From positions 1-62,787 of the IMG/VR virus record IMGVR_UViG_3300028423_000849: DNA of 62,787 nucleotides; one strand, 5' to 3'. Shown piece after piece: positions 46,658 to 56,468 of this stretch (the first letter of the stretch is position 1; each line of letters opens with the position of its first letter). Below the pieces are notes generated by a model. That model was not told the DNA's origin, searched no databases, and was given only the letters and a program-made list of their open reading frames with translations. A program made the position numbers and the translations under genes. Source of the DNA: a virus (Duplodnaviria; Caudoviricetes).

Positions 46658-47910
46658 TCGTATACCTCTACTAAATCAGGAATAACCTGTGTAAGATTTT
46701 CTGAGCGTACTCTGTCAACAACTGCTTGATCCTCAAAAAACTGTTTTAGTTTATCGCGATCTTCTGCGCCTTTGTACAGTGATTGCACAATAACACGAAA
46801 ACCATTCATCACGCTTTCGTCTTCTTCATTCTCTGCATAACGATTCACATACTGCTTGTAGAGACGTATAAGCTTCATCCGAATATGATCTGGCAATATG
46901 CCAATGCTAGCATAGTCCGGATAACTCAGTATGTTTACCCTAGGTGCATAGTCTTTACTTATCAAATCATTGTCATAGAGATAATCAAACAGTTTGTGAT
47001 ACTCAAACACGTTCCAAATGCTAATGGTGGGTGTGATCTGCAGTTTCACATGAGGACAATGCTCTCGGATAGCGCGGAGATTTTCCTCGATTTTATCCCA
47101 CTGTGTTCCCGAGCGTATAACTTCTGCTACTTCGCCCATGGCGTCAAGACTGGCCCATACTTCAATCTCTGGAAACTGTTTCCAGTAATCAAACAGATTC
47201 CATTTCTTGTAGCTGAGTTTGCTCATGTTAGTAGTATAATTGAGCTTGACCTGCTCTGTGAGGCCATTCTCTACCCAATAGTCCAAGCATTCATAGTGCT
47301 CTGGGGTTACCAAAATCTCACCGCCGGCCATGTAGGCTTCTTCAACGTCAGCCAAATATGGCTTCAGCTTGCTCATAAAGTCGCCGTCTTCGTTGTTGCT
47401 TACCAGTGTTTTTTTGGTGCCGAACTTGGTGTAGAAATCTGCTTCGCCTACTCGTTTGATTTCTTCATCGCCCCAGAGGTTAGAACAGCCTGGACCACAA
47501 CTGCGGCACTTGAAGTTACAGAGGTTGCTGAAGCGGATATCCATGTACTTGAGTTTGAATTCGTCGATGCTGCCGTCATCGTTGGTGAGCTCAACAAGAT
47601 CAATGTTGTCGATGCCTCGAACCATATTTTGACTGTTTCTCAGTGTCCATACACCGCGATCTTCTAGCTCATAACAGCGTTTGCACACATCAACATACTC
47701 GTCGTTGAGCATTTTCAAACGCATGTCCTTGTACGCTGGTGAGTTGAGCACGTCGAGAAGATCTTTTTCTGGGTCGAGCTCACTGACAGGATTATCTGAA
47801 TCCGCTACACAGCATGGCATTACTCGCTTGTCTGGCCAAGCATGAAAGTGAATCCAAGGCAATATGCAGAAGTGCTTTCCTTCATTGATTAACTGTTTGG
47901 CTGTTTTCAT
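46639..47910 (-). CDS. radical SAM enzyme with N-terminal SPASM/twitch-like domain
   Basis: FCILPW...PCC...CKRC, then CNFKCRSC and AGGE. Confidence 0.9.
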   Translation of the reverse strand: MKTAKQLINEGKHFCILPWIHFHAWPDKRVMPCCVADSDNPVSELDPEKDLLDVLNSPAYKDMRLKMLNDEYVDVCKRCYELEDRGVWTLRNSQNMVRGIDNIDLVELTNDDGSIDEFKLKYMDIRFSNLCNFKCRSCGPGCSNLWGDEEIKRVGEADFYTKFGTKKTLVSNNEDGDFMSKLKPYLADVEEAYMAGGEILVTPEHYECLDYWVENGLTEQVKLNYTTNMSKLSYKKWNLFDYWKQFPEIEVWASLDAMGEVAEVIRSGTQWDKIEENLRAIREHCPHVKLQITPTISIWNVFEYHKLFDYLYDNDLISKDYAPRVNILSYPDYASIGILPDHIRMKLIRLYKQYVNRYAENEEDESVMNGFRVIVQSLYKGAEDRDKLKQFFEDQAVVDRVRSENLTQVIPDLVEVYEWTHDS

Positions 47911-49154
47911 CTATGCTCGGCCTCCAGTGGCTGTAATTCAGGAAATGTGGCAAAAAAATCTTCACTGCGTATGTCGTCCAACCGCAGTGTGTTGTGAAAG
48001 AATGCTTCCTTGACCTCAGGCCAAAGATCTTCTTGCTCAGCAAAGTGCATTGCTTCGTGTGCCAGTCTGTCAATGCAACTTCTTCCTGTGAATCTCTGTT
48101 CAATCTTTTCTCGTGCAACTGCTTTCATCTCAGGTGGCAATGCTCTTGCACTATAGTGACTTGGATGCACTGCTTGATAGAGACTGTGATACCAGTCTTT
48201 TTGTAGGTCAATCAGCCCTAGATCAATCATGTGATCATAGAAATCCACCAGAGTCATATAATTGAATATGCTGAGCACAGTGTTGATTTGAAAATCCACA
48301 CACTTGAGCCCACGCAGCACAGTCATGTTTTGCTTGACCTTGTCCCAATCGGTGCCATGGCGCATCAGCTCTGCCCGCTCACCGTAGTGATCAATGCTAC
48401 AGCTGACTTCTACTCGATCAAAGTGACTCCAGAGATCCACAATATCATAGTGTTTGTAGTTGAGAGTGCTTGCATTAGTGTTGTAGCGCAACACTGTGTC
48501 GGTTTTGCCTTGGCGTATAAGCTCTTCAAGTATAACATAGTGTTCCTGTGTGATCAATGGCTCGCCACCTGCAAAGTATGCCAGATCAACATGCTCTACC
48601 TGATCGAGCATTTCCTGCAGTACATCGCCCTTCTGATCATCAACATGAATAATCACAGGACCGTCAGGGTTGTAGGTTTTCTTGTCTTCCATGGCCCACT
48701 GTGAACTGAACTCTGTGCCACAGGTTCGACACTTGAAGTTGCAGATGTTAGAAAATCTGATATCAAAGTAACGCATCCGGAATTCATCCACAGTGCCGTC
48801 TGTGCGTGTCATATCCATCACTTCATCAAAGTGTTTGCTAAAGTGATCCATACTGTATGTGCGAAAGCTATGCGGACCTGCTTTTTCATGATTGTAGCAG
48901 AACGTACAGATATTGCTCTCTTTGCCAGCAAGCATGTTGAGCCTGAGTTCTTTCATGTAGTCAGAGTTGAATGCTTGTTCCAGTGTCATCTCTGAGGTGT
49001 TGCCAATGGAATTTGTGTAGTCGTTGCTACAACAGGGATAGATGTCACCTTTGGGCGTAGCGTTGAGGTGCAACCACGGAAACATGCAGAACACTTTGCT
49101 TTCACTGAGAAGATGCTCCTTGTCAATGTCTGTTATTTCTATGCGTTCCGTCAA
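47907..49154 (-). CDS. radical SAM enzyme with N-terminal SPASM/twitch-like domain
   Basis: FCMFPW...PCC...CTFC, then CNFKCRTC and AGGEP. Confidence 0.9.
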   Translation of the reverse strand: MTERIEITDIDKEHLLSESKVFCMFPWLHLNATPKGDIYPCCSNDYTNSIGNTSEMTLEQAFNSDYMKELRLNMLAGKESNICTFCYNHEKAGPHSFRTYSMDHFSKHFDEVMDMTRTDGTVDEFRMRYFDIRFSNICNFKCRTCGTEFSSQWAMEDKKTYNPDGPVIIHVDDQKGDVLQEMLDQVEHVDLAYFAGGEPLITQEHYVILEELIRQGKTDTVLRYNTNASTLNYKHYDIVDLWSHFDRVEVSCSIDHYGERAELMRHGTDWDKVKQNMTVLRGLKCVDFQINTVLSIFNYMTLVDFYDHMIDLGLIDLQKDWYHSLYQAVHPSHYSARALPPEMKAVAREKIEQRFTGRSCIDRLAHEAMHFAEQEDLWPEVKEAFFHNTLRLDDIRSEDFFATFPELQPLEAEHR

Positions 49155-50401
49155 AACACCATCTCCTCAAGTTCAGGAAAAACATCAATGAAGTTCTCAT
49201 TGCGAATTTCGTCAACTCTTGATATTTCAGCTAAAAAGTCCTTCTTCACTGTGAGCCACAGATCCTCTGAATGAGGAATATCTGGAAACTCCAACACAAG
49301 ATCAAGCATAGCTTGACCACTTTTTTCTATGCCCAGGCTGCGAGCACACTGTTTGACCACTGTTCTAAGTTTATCAGTGCCCTGCTGTTTGAGGTCTTCA
49401 GGCAAAGCTGCAGGCGAAAAATACTGAGGATCCCACACAGGATTCAACTGCCAGGCACCGTCGGGCCACAAACCGTTTTCCATAAAGTAGGAAAACATAT
49501 CGCCCAGTGTCACATAATTCAGTGATGTTACTGTGCTTGTGATGCAGTATTTGACATTGTCTAGTTTTTTCACAGTGCGAATATTTTCTTCGACATCTGA
49601 CCACACTGTGCCACTTCGTATATACTCGGCACGACTTCCGTAGTGATCCAAACTTGCATAGAGTTCTATGGGCTTTTTGAAGTTTTTCCACAGTTCAACA
49701 ATATCGTGGTTTTTGAAATTCAAGTTACTGAGATTTGTGTTATATGACAATTGTACATCGGTGCGTTTTTGACGTATCAGCTCTTCTAGTATCACATAGT
49801 GTTCTTCTGTAATCAATGGCTCACCGCCTGCAAAGTATGCGCTGTCTACATAGGGTATATGCTGTAGAATTTCGTCTACCAAACCAGAAATGTTTTTGTG
49901 TTTTTTTACACCTGATCTGTCTAGATTGTTTTTGATGTCTTCGGCTTCCCACATACTGCTATAGCCGCTGTTGCAACTTCTGCACTTGAAGTTACAGACA
50001 TTGGAAAACCGTATGTCATAGTAGCGCATTTTGAAGTTGTGCAAAGTACCATCTGCGCCTGTGTTTTCAATCACTTCGTCAATGTATTGGCCGTAGTTTT
50101 TGTTTGCTTCTTGTCTAAAACTAGGACCAGTTTTTTCTGCTTTATAGCAGGTCTTGCACATGGCAGTTCTCCTGCCTGACAGCATGTTAAGTCTCAGCTC
50201 TTTCATAAAGTCTGTGTTCATGGTGTCTTCGATGCTGAGTCCTCCGGGAATCACATTTTTGTACTTGAAGTTGCCGATGCAACAGGGCAACACAGTGGTG
50301 TCCGGAGTCATGTGAATATGTATCCAGGGCAACATGCAGAACGTGTCATTGTCAGACAACAGTTTTTCAGTGTCTATGTTGCGTGCAGGAATACGTTCCA
50401 T
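49151..50401 (-). CDS. radical SAM enzyme with N-terminal SPASM/twitch-like domain
   Basis: FCMLPW...PCC...CKTC, then CNFKCRSC and AGGEP; start coupled to the upstream stop. Confidence 0.9.
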   Translation of the reverse strand: MERIPARNIDTEKLLSDNDTFCMLPWIHIHMTPDTTVLPCCIGNFKYKNVIPGGLSIEDTMNTDFMKELRLNMLSGRRTAMCKTCYKAEKTGPSFRQEANKNYGQYIDEVIENTGADGTLHNFKMRYYDIRFSNVCNFKCRSCNSGYSSMWEAEDIKNNLDRSGVKKHKNISGLVDEILQHIPYVDSAYFAGGEPLITEEHYVILEELIRQKRTDVQLSYNTNLSNLNFKNHDIVELWKNFKKPIELYASLDHYGSRAEYIRSGTVWSDVEENIRTVKKLDNVKYCITSTVTSLNYVTLGDMFSYFMENGLWPDGAWQLNPVWDPQYFSPAALPEDLKQQGTDKLRTVVKQCARSLGIEKSGQAMLDLVLEFPDIPHSEDLWLTVKKDFLAEISRVDEIRNENFIDVFPELEEMVF

Positions 50402-51825
50402 CAGTTCACACTCACAATGGGGATTTCGCCCTTGGCTAACTCTTTGCACTCGTTCCAGAAGTTTTCATACTCTGGGAATGTTTTCAAGAAGTCAGTACCT
50501 CGCCTGCGATCATATTCAGTGAACCAATTGTAAAAGTCAATTCTCCCTTCTCTCACTCGTGCTTCGTCGTACTGTGTGCTAGCAAAGTAATCTCTCACAC
50601 GGCGGAAACGCTCATACTCGATTTCAGAGAACTTTTTAGTGTCTGATTCGTCAATGTTGTCCTGAATAAACTTCAAGCAATCATCAAAGTAGGGCATGAA
50701 CTCTTCCTTGGGCAGGATATGCATGTCATACTGTATGGGCTCTTTGAGATAGGGTGTGTCAAAACGGATCTTGCGCACTGTGGGGTCACTGCCTAGATTA
50801 TCAGGTATGATGTCATCATAGCGTTCGCGCCACACCAGCATCTGCTCCAAGTACTCTTTGAATGTGGTTACACTGAGTATGTTGAACGTGCACATGTGTG
50901 TGATATGACTCTTAATACCACGCAGATAGATGTCCTGATTGCGATCCCAGGTTTCTAGATCCATGCCTGTGCGCATATACTCCACGCTTTCGCCCCAGCC
51001 GTCAATGCTACTGAACATCTTGAATTGTCGTATTTTGTTGCTTTCAAGTAGATCGTTTACATTTTCCACAAGTCGCTCCACATGGCGACTCTTCATGCCA
51101 AGGTTACTGTTTACATTGATTTCTAAATGTGGCTTGGGATCGTTTCTAAGCTCGTCAAACAGTCTCCAGGTGCTGGCATGCAACAGTGGTTCACCGCCTG
51201 TGATTCTGAGAATATTCAAGGTCTTGCTCACTTCAGGCCACCACCGCCACCATGCTTCCAAATAAGGATTGTTGTCTTCGGTGTACACATCAAACCAGTC
51301 GATGTCGTTGCGATGATTTTTGACCATGTCATAGGCGCCATGCTTTTTGATCTCTTGATAATAGCTGCTGCTGTGCATTGGATGACAATAACCACACTTG
51401 AAGTTACACTCGTTGGAGAATGCAATCTCAATGTACTCGGGATTAATTTTGAGATCAGGTGGGCCATAGAGAATTTCATCATAGCGATCCTCAGTGTAGA
51501 TACTGCTGTTGCGTATCAAGCGGTCGCTTACATAGTCATCGCCCATGTCTTCCACGTTCCAGCAATACTGACAGCCTTCGGGCCGTTCGCCGTTGAGCAT
51601 CTGTATGCGTTCATCGATCTTTTGAGGAGTGTTATGAAGCGTACTGGGATCAAACTTGAGTTCCTCCACAGGGATATCATGTGGCTTGGGATGATAGCAA
51701 CTGTGAGTCTGGCCTCGGTGTAGATAGATGGTGGTGTGATGCCATTTGGCCAAGCAGAAAGTTGGACTGATGTCCTCCTTCATCATGGTGTTGATTTCAC
51801 GCATACGATCGATGCGGTCACTCAT
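50401..51825 (-). CDS. radical SAM enzyme with N-terminal Cys/His domain
   Basis: FCLAKW...SCYH...GCQYC, then CNFKCGYC and TGGEP. Confidence 0.9.
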   Translation of the reverse strand: MSDRIDRMREINTMMKEDISPTFCLAKWHHTTIYLHRGQTHSCYHPKPHDIPVEELKFDPSTLHNTPQKIDERIQMLNGERPEGCQYCWNVEDMGDDYVSDRLIRNSSIYTEDRYDEILYGPPDLKINPEYIEIAFSNECNFKCGYCHPMHSSSYYQEIKKHGAYDMVKNHRNDIDWFDVYTEDNNPYLEAWWRWWPEVSKTLNILRITGGEPLLHASTWRLFDELRNDPKPHLEINVNSNLGMKSRHVERLVENVNDLLESNKIRQFKMFSSIDGWGESVEYMRTGMDLETWDRNQDIYLRGIKSHITHMCTFNILSVTTFKEYLEQMLVWRERYDDIIPDNLGSDPTVRKIRFDTPYLKEPIQYDMHILPKEEFMPYFDDCLKFIQDNIDESDTKKFSEIEYERFRRVRDYFASTQYDEARVREGRIDFYNWFTEYDRRRGTDFLKTFPEYENFWNECKELAKGEIPIVSVN

Positions 51826-51860
51826 AGTATATCCTGTGATGTCTGATTTGTGTTACAGTG

Positions 51861-52571
51861 CTATTTATCAGGGGAGACCAGCCAGTCGTATAATATACTT
51901 GCCAACAATTCATGACCTAGCTGAGAGGGGTGATGGCACCCAGTAATATACGGTGATTTTTTGGCAAATCTTTCAGACAAATATCTATATGTTTCACGAG
52001 ATACTCCTGTGTGAGGATGTTCATTGTGTTCAAAATGGCCCTGTTTAACGTCACCGGCTGTCTTGTCTTTTACACATAGATCGTAGAGCGTTGAATAGGG
52101 TTTATCGTACCACAGCCAGTTTCTAGTGCAATGCTCCGGCACAGGTTTTGGTGCGGAAAGCCTATAATCTTGAAAAGAACTCAGATAGTAGTATTCACAG
52201 CCAATGTTATCTAGATAATCGGTGGTTTTTAGTATAGCATTAAGCCACATTGATGGACTATAATAATCCTTGTCATAATAAAGATTTTTTCTGCTTGTGC
52301 CTGACCATGATACTATTACTAGGTCGGCCTTGCTGACTCCCATGGTTAACAATGTGTTGTATATGTCCCAGTTGCTTGCACCACGTCTGCCATAATCTAG
52401 ATAGTTAAGTTTGAGATTTTTGGCGAGTATTTCCGTGAAGGGTTCTGCTTGTTGAAAACCTCTGCGTCCCCGATAGTCTACAGGGTCTTTGATACACCCC
52501 CACACAAAGCTATCTCCAACTGCAACGAGACGCCTGGCATCATCTTGTTGGGAATAGTTATAACAGTACAC
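51861..52571 (-). CDS. SGNH-hydrolase-like protein
   Basis: VGDSF, GASN, SWS...R, HHPSQLGH. Confidence 0.7.
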   Translation of the reverse strand: MYCYNYSQQDDARRLVAVGDSFVWGCIKDPVDYRGRRGFQQAEPFTEILAKNLKLNYLDYGRRGASNWDIYNTLLTMGVSKADLVIVSWSGTSRKNLYYDKDYYSPSMWLNAILKTTDYLDNIGCEYYYLSSFQDYRLSAPKPVPEHCTRNWLWYDKPYSTLYDLCVKDKTAGDVKQGHFEHNEHPHTGVSRETYRYLSERFAKKSPYITGCHHPSQLGHELLASILYDWLVSPDK

Positions 52572-52590
52572 TCATACTATTTAGCACAGA

Positions 52591-52618
52591 AGAAATACAG
52601 GGCGCGAACGCCCTGTAT
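52591..52618 (-). terminator. intrinsic terminator after the UDP-sugar dehydrogenase gene
   Basis: Minus strand ATACAGGGCG-TTCG-CGCCCTGTAT-TTCT. Confidence 0.7.
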
Positions 52619-52641
52619 GCTCTGCTCAACAGCAAGGCTTT

Positions 52642-53949
52642 TTAGCGAGGTGCTTCAGTGCGTGTGTTGCCATAATGGACCACACGCACACCATCCATGG
52701 TAGGGAGTTTTCTCCAGGGATCAACCACTACACTGCCGGGTGCAAACTTGAGTTCAGACCCGTTGGCTGTGGCCACCGTGAGTGCTTCATCGCAGTCTGT
52801 GATACGATGATCACCATACCAGTTACCCACAAAATCCAGTTGCTCACCATAGGTGATTTCTGGGTTGTGTGCTATCAGGTACACAGCAGAGTTTTCTAGC
52901 ACTTCTGCAGGCGGTGTTTCGCCGATTACTTCGTCCAGATAGTACATGGGCACGTCTGATAGCTCTTCAACATAGTGGCCCACCAGCATGCTGCTACTGC
53001 CTGTTTCATAAGGAACTAGTGGCTTGTAGGCCTTGCCCACAATGACCACAGGCGCACCCAGTTGCTTGGCTTCTGAGATCAGCCTATGTGCCATGTTCTT
53101 GGCTTGAACTTCACGTGAGTGCATCACTGAGTCAAACAGATCATAGCCCAGATCCAGTTGCTCTGCCATCCAACGCAGTGCAATGTTGTCTCTGGGATGA
53201 CAAGCACCGCCGTCACCCATACCAGGCTTCATGTATGCTGGACCCATGATGCGTCTGTCTGATGCAGCAAGAGCATCACACACCAACTCTGCGTTGATAT
53301 TGCCCTGCTTTTCTGCAACGTCCTGAATCATGTTTACCAGGCTGACCTTGGCACTGATGAAGGTGTTGTAGAACACCTTGATTGCTTCAACTTCGTCCCA
53401 GGTACCAGTCACATAACGAGGTTCGTTCTGCATGATGGTCTTGTAGAAGTCCACTAGCTGTTTGGCATCGCCTGTTTCTGCACCGTCTTCTGTGCCAATC
53501 ATGATCATCTCTGGATTAACCATGTCCCACTTCACAGTGCCCATGGCAATCAGATAGGGATTGTACACAAATCTTGTGTTGGTCATAATGGGCACAAACT
53601 CTCTGCGAGTTGTGCCGGGCAGGACTGTGCTGATTAGTACTATTAGCTGGTCCTGGGTTGCTACTGCATTTACCTCTGACAGAACCTGCTTGACAATAGT
53701 GTAATCAAAGTCCTTGTTGGGTAAATGGCTGGTTGGCGCATTGCCATCATATTGTGGATCATGCGGTGTTTCCACAGCAATGAATACAATATCGCGACCT
53801 ACTACTGCTTCCTGCAGTGTAGGAACCATTGAAAAGTTTTCTGGTTCACGTGGTGCAATATCATAACCCACAACATCATGGCGCTCAGCGACCATTTCGG
53901 CGCAAGCCTGTCCTAGCTTGCCGACTCCGATAAATCCGATCGAGGCCAT
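52642..53949 (-). CDS. ugd: UDP-glucose/GDP-mannose 6-dehydrogenase family
   Basis: GVGKLG, AVETP, STVLPGTT, EAIKVFYN, GDGGACHPRD, AYKP; RBS AAGGAG. Confidence 0.88.
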   Translation of the reverse strand: MASIGFIGVGKLGQACAEMVAERHDVVGYDIAPREPENFSMVPTLQEAVVGRDIVFIAVETPHDPQYDGNAPTSHLPNKDFDYTIVKQVLSEVNAVATQDQLIVLISTVLPGTTRREFVPIMTNTRFVYNPYLIAMGTVKWDMVNPEMIMIGTEDGAETGDAKQLVDFYKTIMQNEPRYVTGTWDEVEAIKVFYNTFISAKVSLVNMIQDVAEKQGNINAELVCDALAASDRRIMGPAYMKPGMGDGGACHPRDNIALRWMAEQLDLGYDLFDSVMHSREVQAKNMAHRLISEAKQLGAPVVIVGKAYKPLVPYETGSSSMLVGHYVEELSDVPMYYLDEVIGETPPAEVLENSAVYLIAHNPEITYGEQLDFVGNWYGDHRITDCDEALTVATANGSELKFAPGSVVVDPWRKLPTMDGVRVVHYGNTRTEAPR

Positions 53950-53995
53950 TTTTTTCTCCTTTTGTTGTTTTTTGTGCACTAAGCACAGTGTGTAT

Positions 53996-54772
53996 TTACT
54001 GGTTTTCTGAGGATTTGTCCATAGTTTCTGAATCGTTTGCCTGTGTGAGTATTTCCATGTACTTGTAGAAATCATAGAACTGATCTGGCGTGAGCACAGC
54101 AGGATTGTCGCTGTCCGGGTCGCCTAGGTATTTTTCAATGTAGTCCACGCCCTTGTATACCACTGCTGAACCAGGAAAAAGACCAGCATCTCTGCTTTCA
54201 TAGCCCACTGTGTGTCCTTGTGCTATTAGATCATCGATGCTGCTGAGATTCATGTCTGTGATATCAGGCGGAAACTCAGGTGTTGTGTAATACACACTGT
54301 AATGAGGATTTTGCTCTTTGTGATAGAGCACATTATATTCACTGTGATGATGATGATTGTATATCACCCAGAGAAACTTGTCTTTGCAATAGCGACTAAG
54401 TTCGTAGACATTGACACTGTCATAGTGCAGTTTTACAGTGTCACAGTTGGTGTGTTCTTTGACAAACTCTGCTGCCTGGCTGTCAGTGACACTCCAGTAT
54501 AAAGGAATACCGATGTGTTCGCAGAGTTTTGCAATGTGTTCAGCATTGTCAGCTGTTATTTCACTGCGATTGGCCACTTCCAGATATGAAAGTCCTCCCC
54601 AGCGACTCTGCACCGACACATACTTTTTTTCGTCAGGAATGATCAGTGCCGGTGTGGCTTTGTTGATAATTACAGCATCAGCATTGCACTGTGCTGCTGC
54701 AACAATTCGACTTTCAAGCACACTTATAGAATTTTCGTGAGCAATGCCAATGTTAGCATACAGCTTGGACAT
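53996..54772 (-). CDS. degenerate NeuB/SpsE-like (sialic acid synthase fold) protein
   Basis: ANIGIAH (cf. AEIGxNH), CNADAV, IGIPLYWSVTD, VGYES, YIEKY. Confidence 0.65.
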   Translation of the reverse strand: MSKLYANIGIAHENSISVLESRIVAAAQCNADAVIINKATPALIIPDEKKYVSVQSRWGGLSYLEVANRSEITADNAEHIAKLCEHIGIPLYWSVTDSQAAEFVKEHTNCDTVKLHYDSVNVYELSRYCKDKFLWVIYNHHHHSEYNVLYHKEQNPHYSVYYTTPEFPPDITDMNLSSIDDLIAQGHTVGYESRDAGLFPGSAVVYKGVDYIEKYLGDPDSDNPAVLTPDQFYDFYKYMEILTQANDSETMDKSSENQ

Positions 54773-54785
54773 TGTGTCCCCTTTA

Positions 54786-55784
54786 TTATCCTAGCAGGCC
54801 TTTTTCCAATAGCTCTTGTATTTGTTTTTCTCGAATCATCACACCCCAGCGTCTAGGATTCACAAATGTTTTCTTGAAGAATCTGCACATCTGTGGATCA
54901 GGATCAAACAGCATCATTTCTCTGATATTTTCATTGAGTCTCCGTCCTAGATCCTTGATTGCAATATATAACATATCGTTGTCCCAGGTGACTTTTGTGT
55001 ATCTACATTTGTGGCTGTCGCCAGGAAATCTGGGCAATACATCATTGTAGAAAAATTGCTTGAACCACTCGTAGTCTGCAATGTGATTTGCCTCCCACTG
55101 TGAAAGCACTGTCATTTCACAGCCTAGGCGAGCACCATAGATGGCCCATAGGCCGTTTTCTACATCTGAGCCAATGTTACACCATGTTTGCAGCCTATTG
55201 TAGTTCTGCCACCATACGCGGTTTATAAACTCGTCGGGCTCCACACGATTGCCCTGATCCAAACTCATTTTTACACCTTCGCGGAACCCTGCGCGAAATG
55301 CCTGAAAAGGCGATGCAGTTTGATGTACTTCTGAAAAAGTGTCATTCAGCTGAATATAGTTGAGCTTCCAGCAAAACTCCATGCCTTCGTCATCATCGGA
55401 TGCTTCGTGAGTGCGAATTGTTTTGGTGTATTCCGTGGGCCAGCATTTGAGACCGCCATTGCCATACACCAAGCCGTTTAACAGATTCTTGGCATTCCAT
55501 GAAAAAATACTCTCTGATACATCATTGCCATCGTGGTCTGTGTCGGGGATATCCAATGTTTGCTCAAAGAAGTCATCCATCACAATGTTGTCACCATCCA
55601 CTGTGATAAATCGTTCTGTTTCGCTTTGTTCTGCGGCTGCTTTGTGTGCAGAATCAAAACCTTTGACACCATGTATACGTTTTGCCCAAGGCACTTTGTT
55701 GAGCAGGTCCGCCCAGTGCTCTTCGCAGTTGGGCTCATCGTAGCTAATATAGAAAATATCTAGTTCTGTGACGTCGATCTTCAT
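54786..55784 (-). CDS. GT-A-like glycosyltransferase, standalone paralog of the last module of 28177-31218
   Basis: ISYDEP, GVKGFDSAHKAAA, TVDGD, YGNGGLKCWP, FREGVKM. Confidence 0.7.
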   Translation of the reverse strand: MKIDVTELDIFYISYDEPNCEEHWADLLNKVPWAKRIHGVKGFDSAHKAAAEQSETERFITVDGDNIVMDDFFEQTLDIPDTDHDGNDVSESIFSWNAKNLLNGLVYGNGGLKCWPTEYTKTIRTHEASDDDEGMEFCWKLNYIQLNDTFSEVHQTASPFQAFRAGFREGVKMSLDQGNRVEPDEFINRVWWQNYNRLQTWCNIGSDVENGLWAIYGARLGCEMTVLSQWEANHIADYEWFKQFFYNDVLPRFPGDSHKCRYTKVTWDNDMLYIAIKDLGRRLNENIREMMLFDPDPQMCRFFKKTFVNPRRWGVMIREKQIQELLEKGLLG

Positions 55785-55799
55785 GAGGTGTCCTGTGTG

Positions 55800-56468
55800 T
55801 TATGTTCTCAGGTATTTATCGAAAATCTTATTGGTGTATAGCCCACAGTGTTCGAGATCAATGCCGAGATCAAACTCTACTTTGTCGTTGATCAAGAGAT
55901 CTGCAATGCCTGTGTTTTTGTATTCGTACATGATGTGTGGGTCGCCGGGCTTGGTGATATAGAATCTCAATATGCGATAGCCATTGCGTGTAGCACTCAC
56001 AGGATACACACCCTCATACTCATCTTTGATCCGTTGACTCATCTCCACAGTGAGTTTTTTCCCTTTGATGTTGCACTTGATATCAAAGTCCTCTGTGTCG
56101 CCAAACTCAACCTCTTGTAAAAACTGATCGTTGGAAAGTATTTTAACTGTGTCAATGGGTTTGAGTTCTACATGAAATATATTTTTGTCTTTGGTGTCTT
56201 GCACCACTTGATATCTGCGCAGATCTTTGTCAATGAGGTTTTCTAGATCTTCCTGCGGAAAATCATAGGTGTGCCAGTCTGGAGCAACATCTTCTACTTC
56301 GTTTTGTGTCAAGCACTCAATTGTGCCTTCTGAACTGAAATACAGCTTCCAGGGTCGCGTCTTTAGCTCTTTCATGAGAGCATCTGCACTGCCGCCGCTT
56401 TCCTGTTTTCTACTCATGAATTTTTGTCTGCGTTTTTCTGCAGCACTTGTAATGTCATTGTCTGACAT
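55800..56468 (-). CDS. hypothetical protein
   Basis: 222-aa ORF in the operon. Confidence 0.7.
   Translation of the reverse strand: MSDNDITSAAEKRRQKFMSRKQESGGSADALMKELKTRPWKLYFSSEGTIECLTQNEVEDVAPDWHTYDFPQEDLENLIDKDLRRYQVVQDTKDKNIFHVELKPIDTVKILSNDQFLQEVEFGDTEDFDIKCNIKGKKLTVEMSQRIKDEYEGVYPVSATRNGYRILRFYITKPGDPHIMYEYKNTGIADLLINDKVEFDLGIDLEHCGLYTNKIFDKYLRT

Noticed and set aside
45662-51825. RiPP cluster
   Set aside because: No convincing precursor peptide, RRE, peptidase or exporter; the context is sugar enzymes
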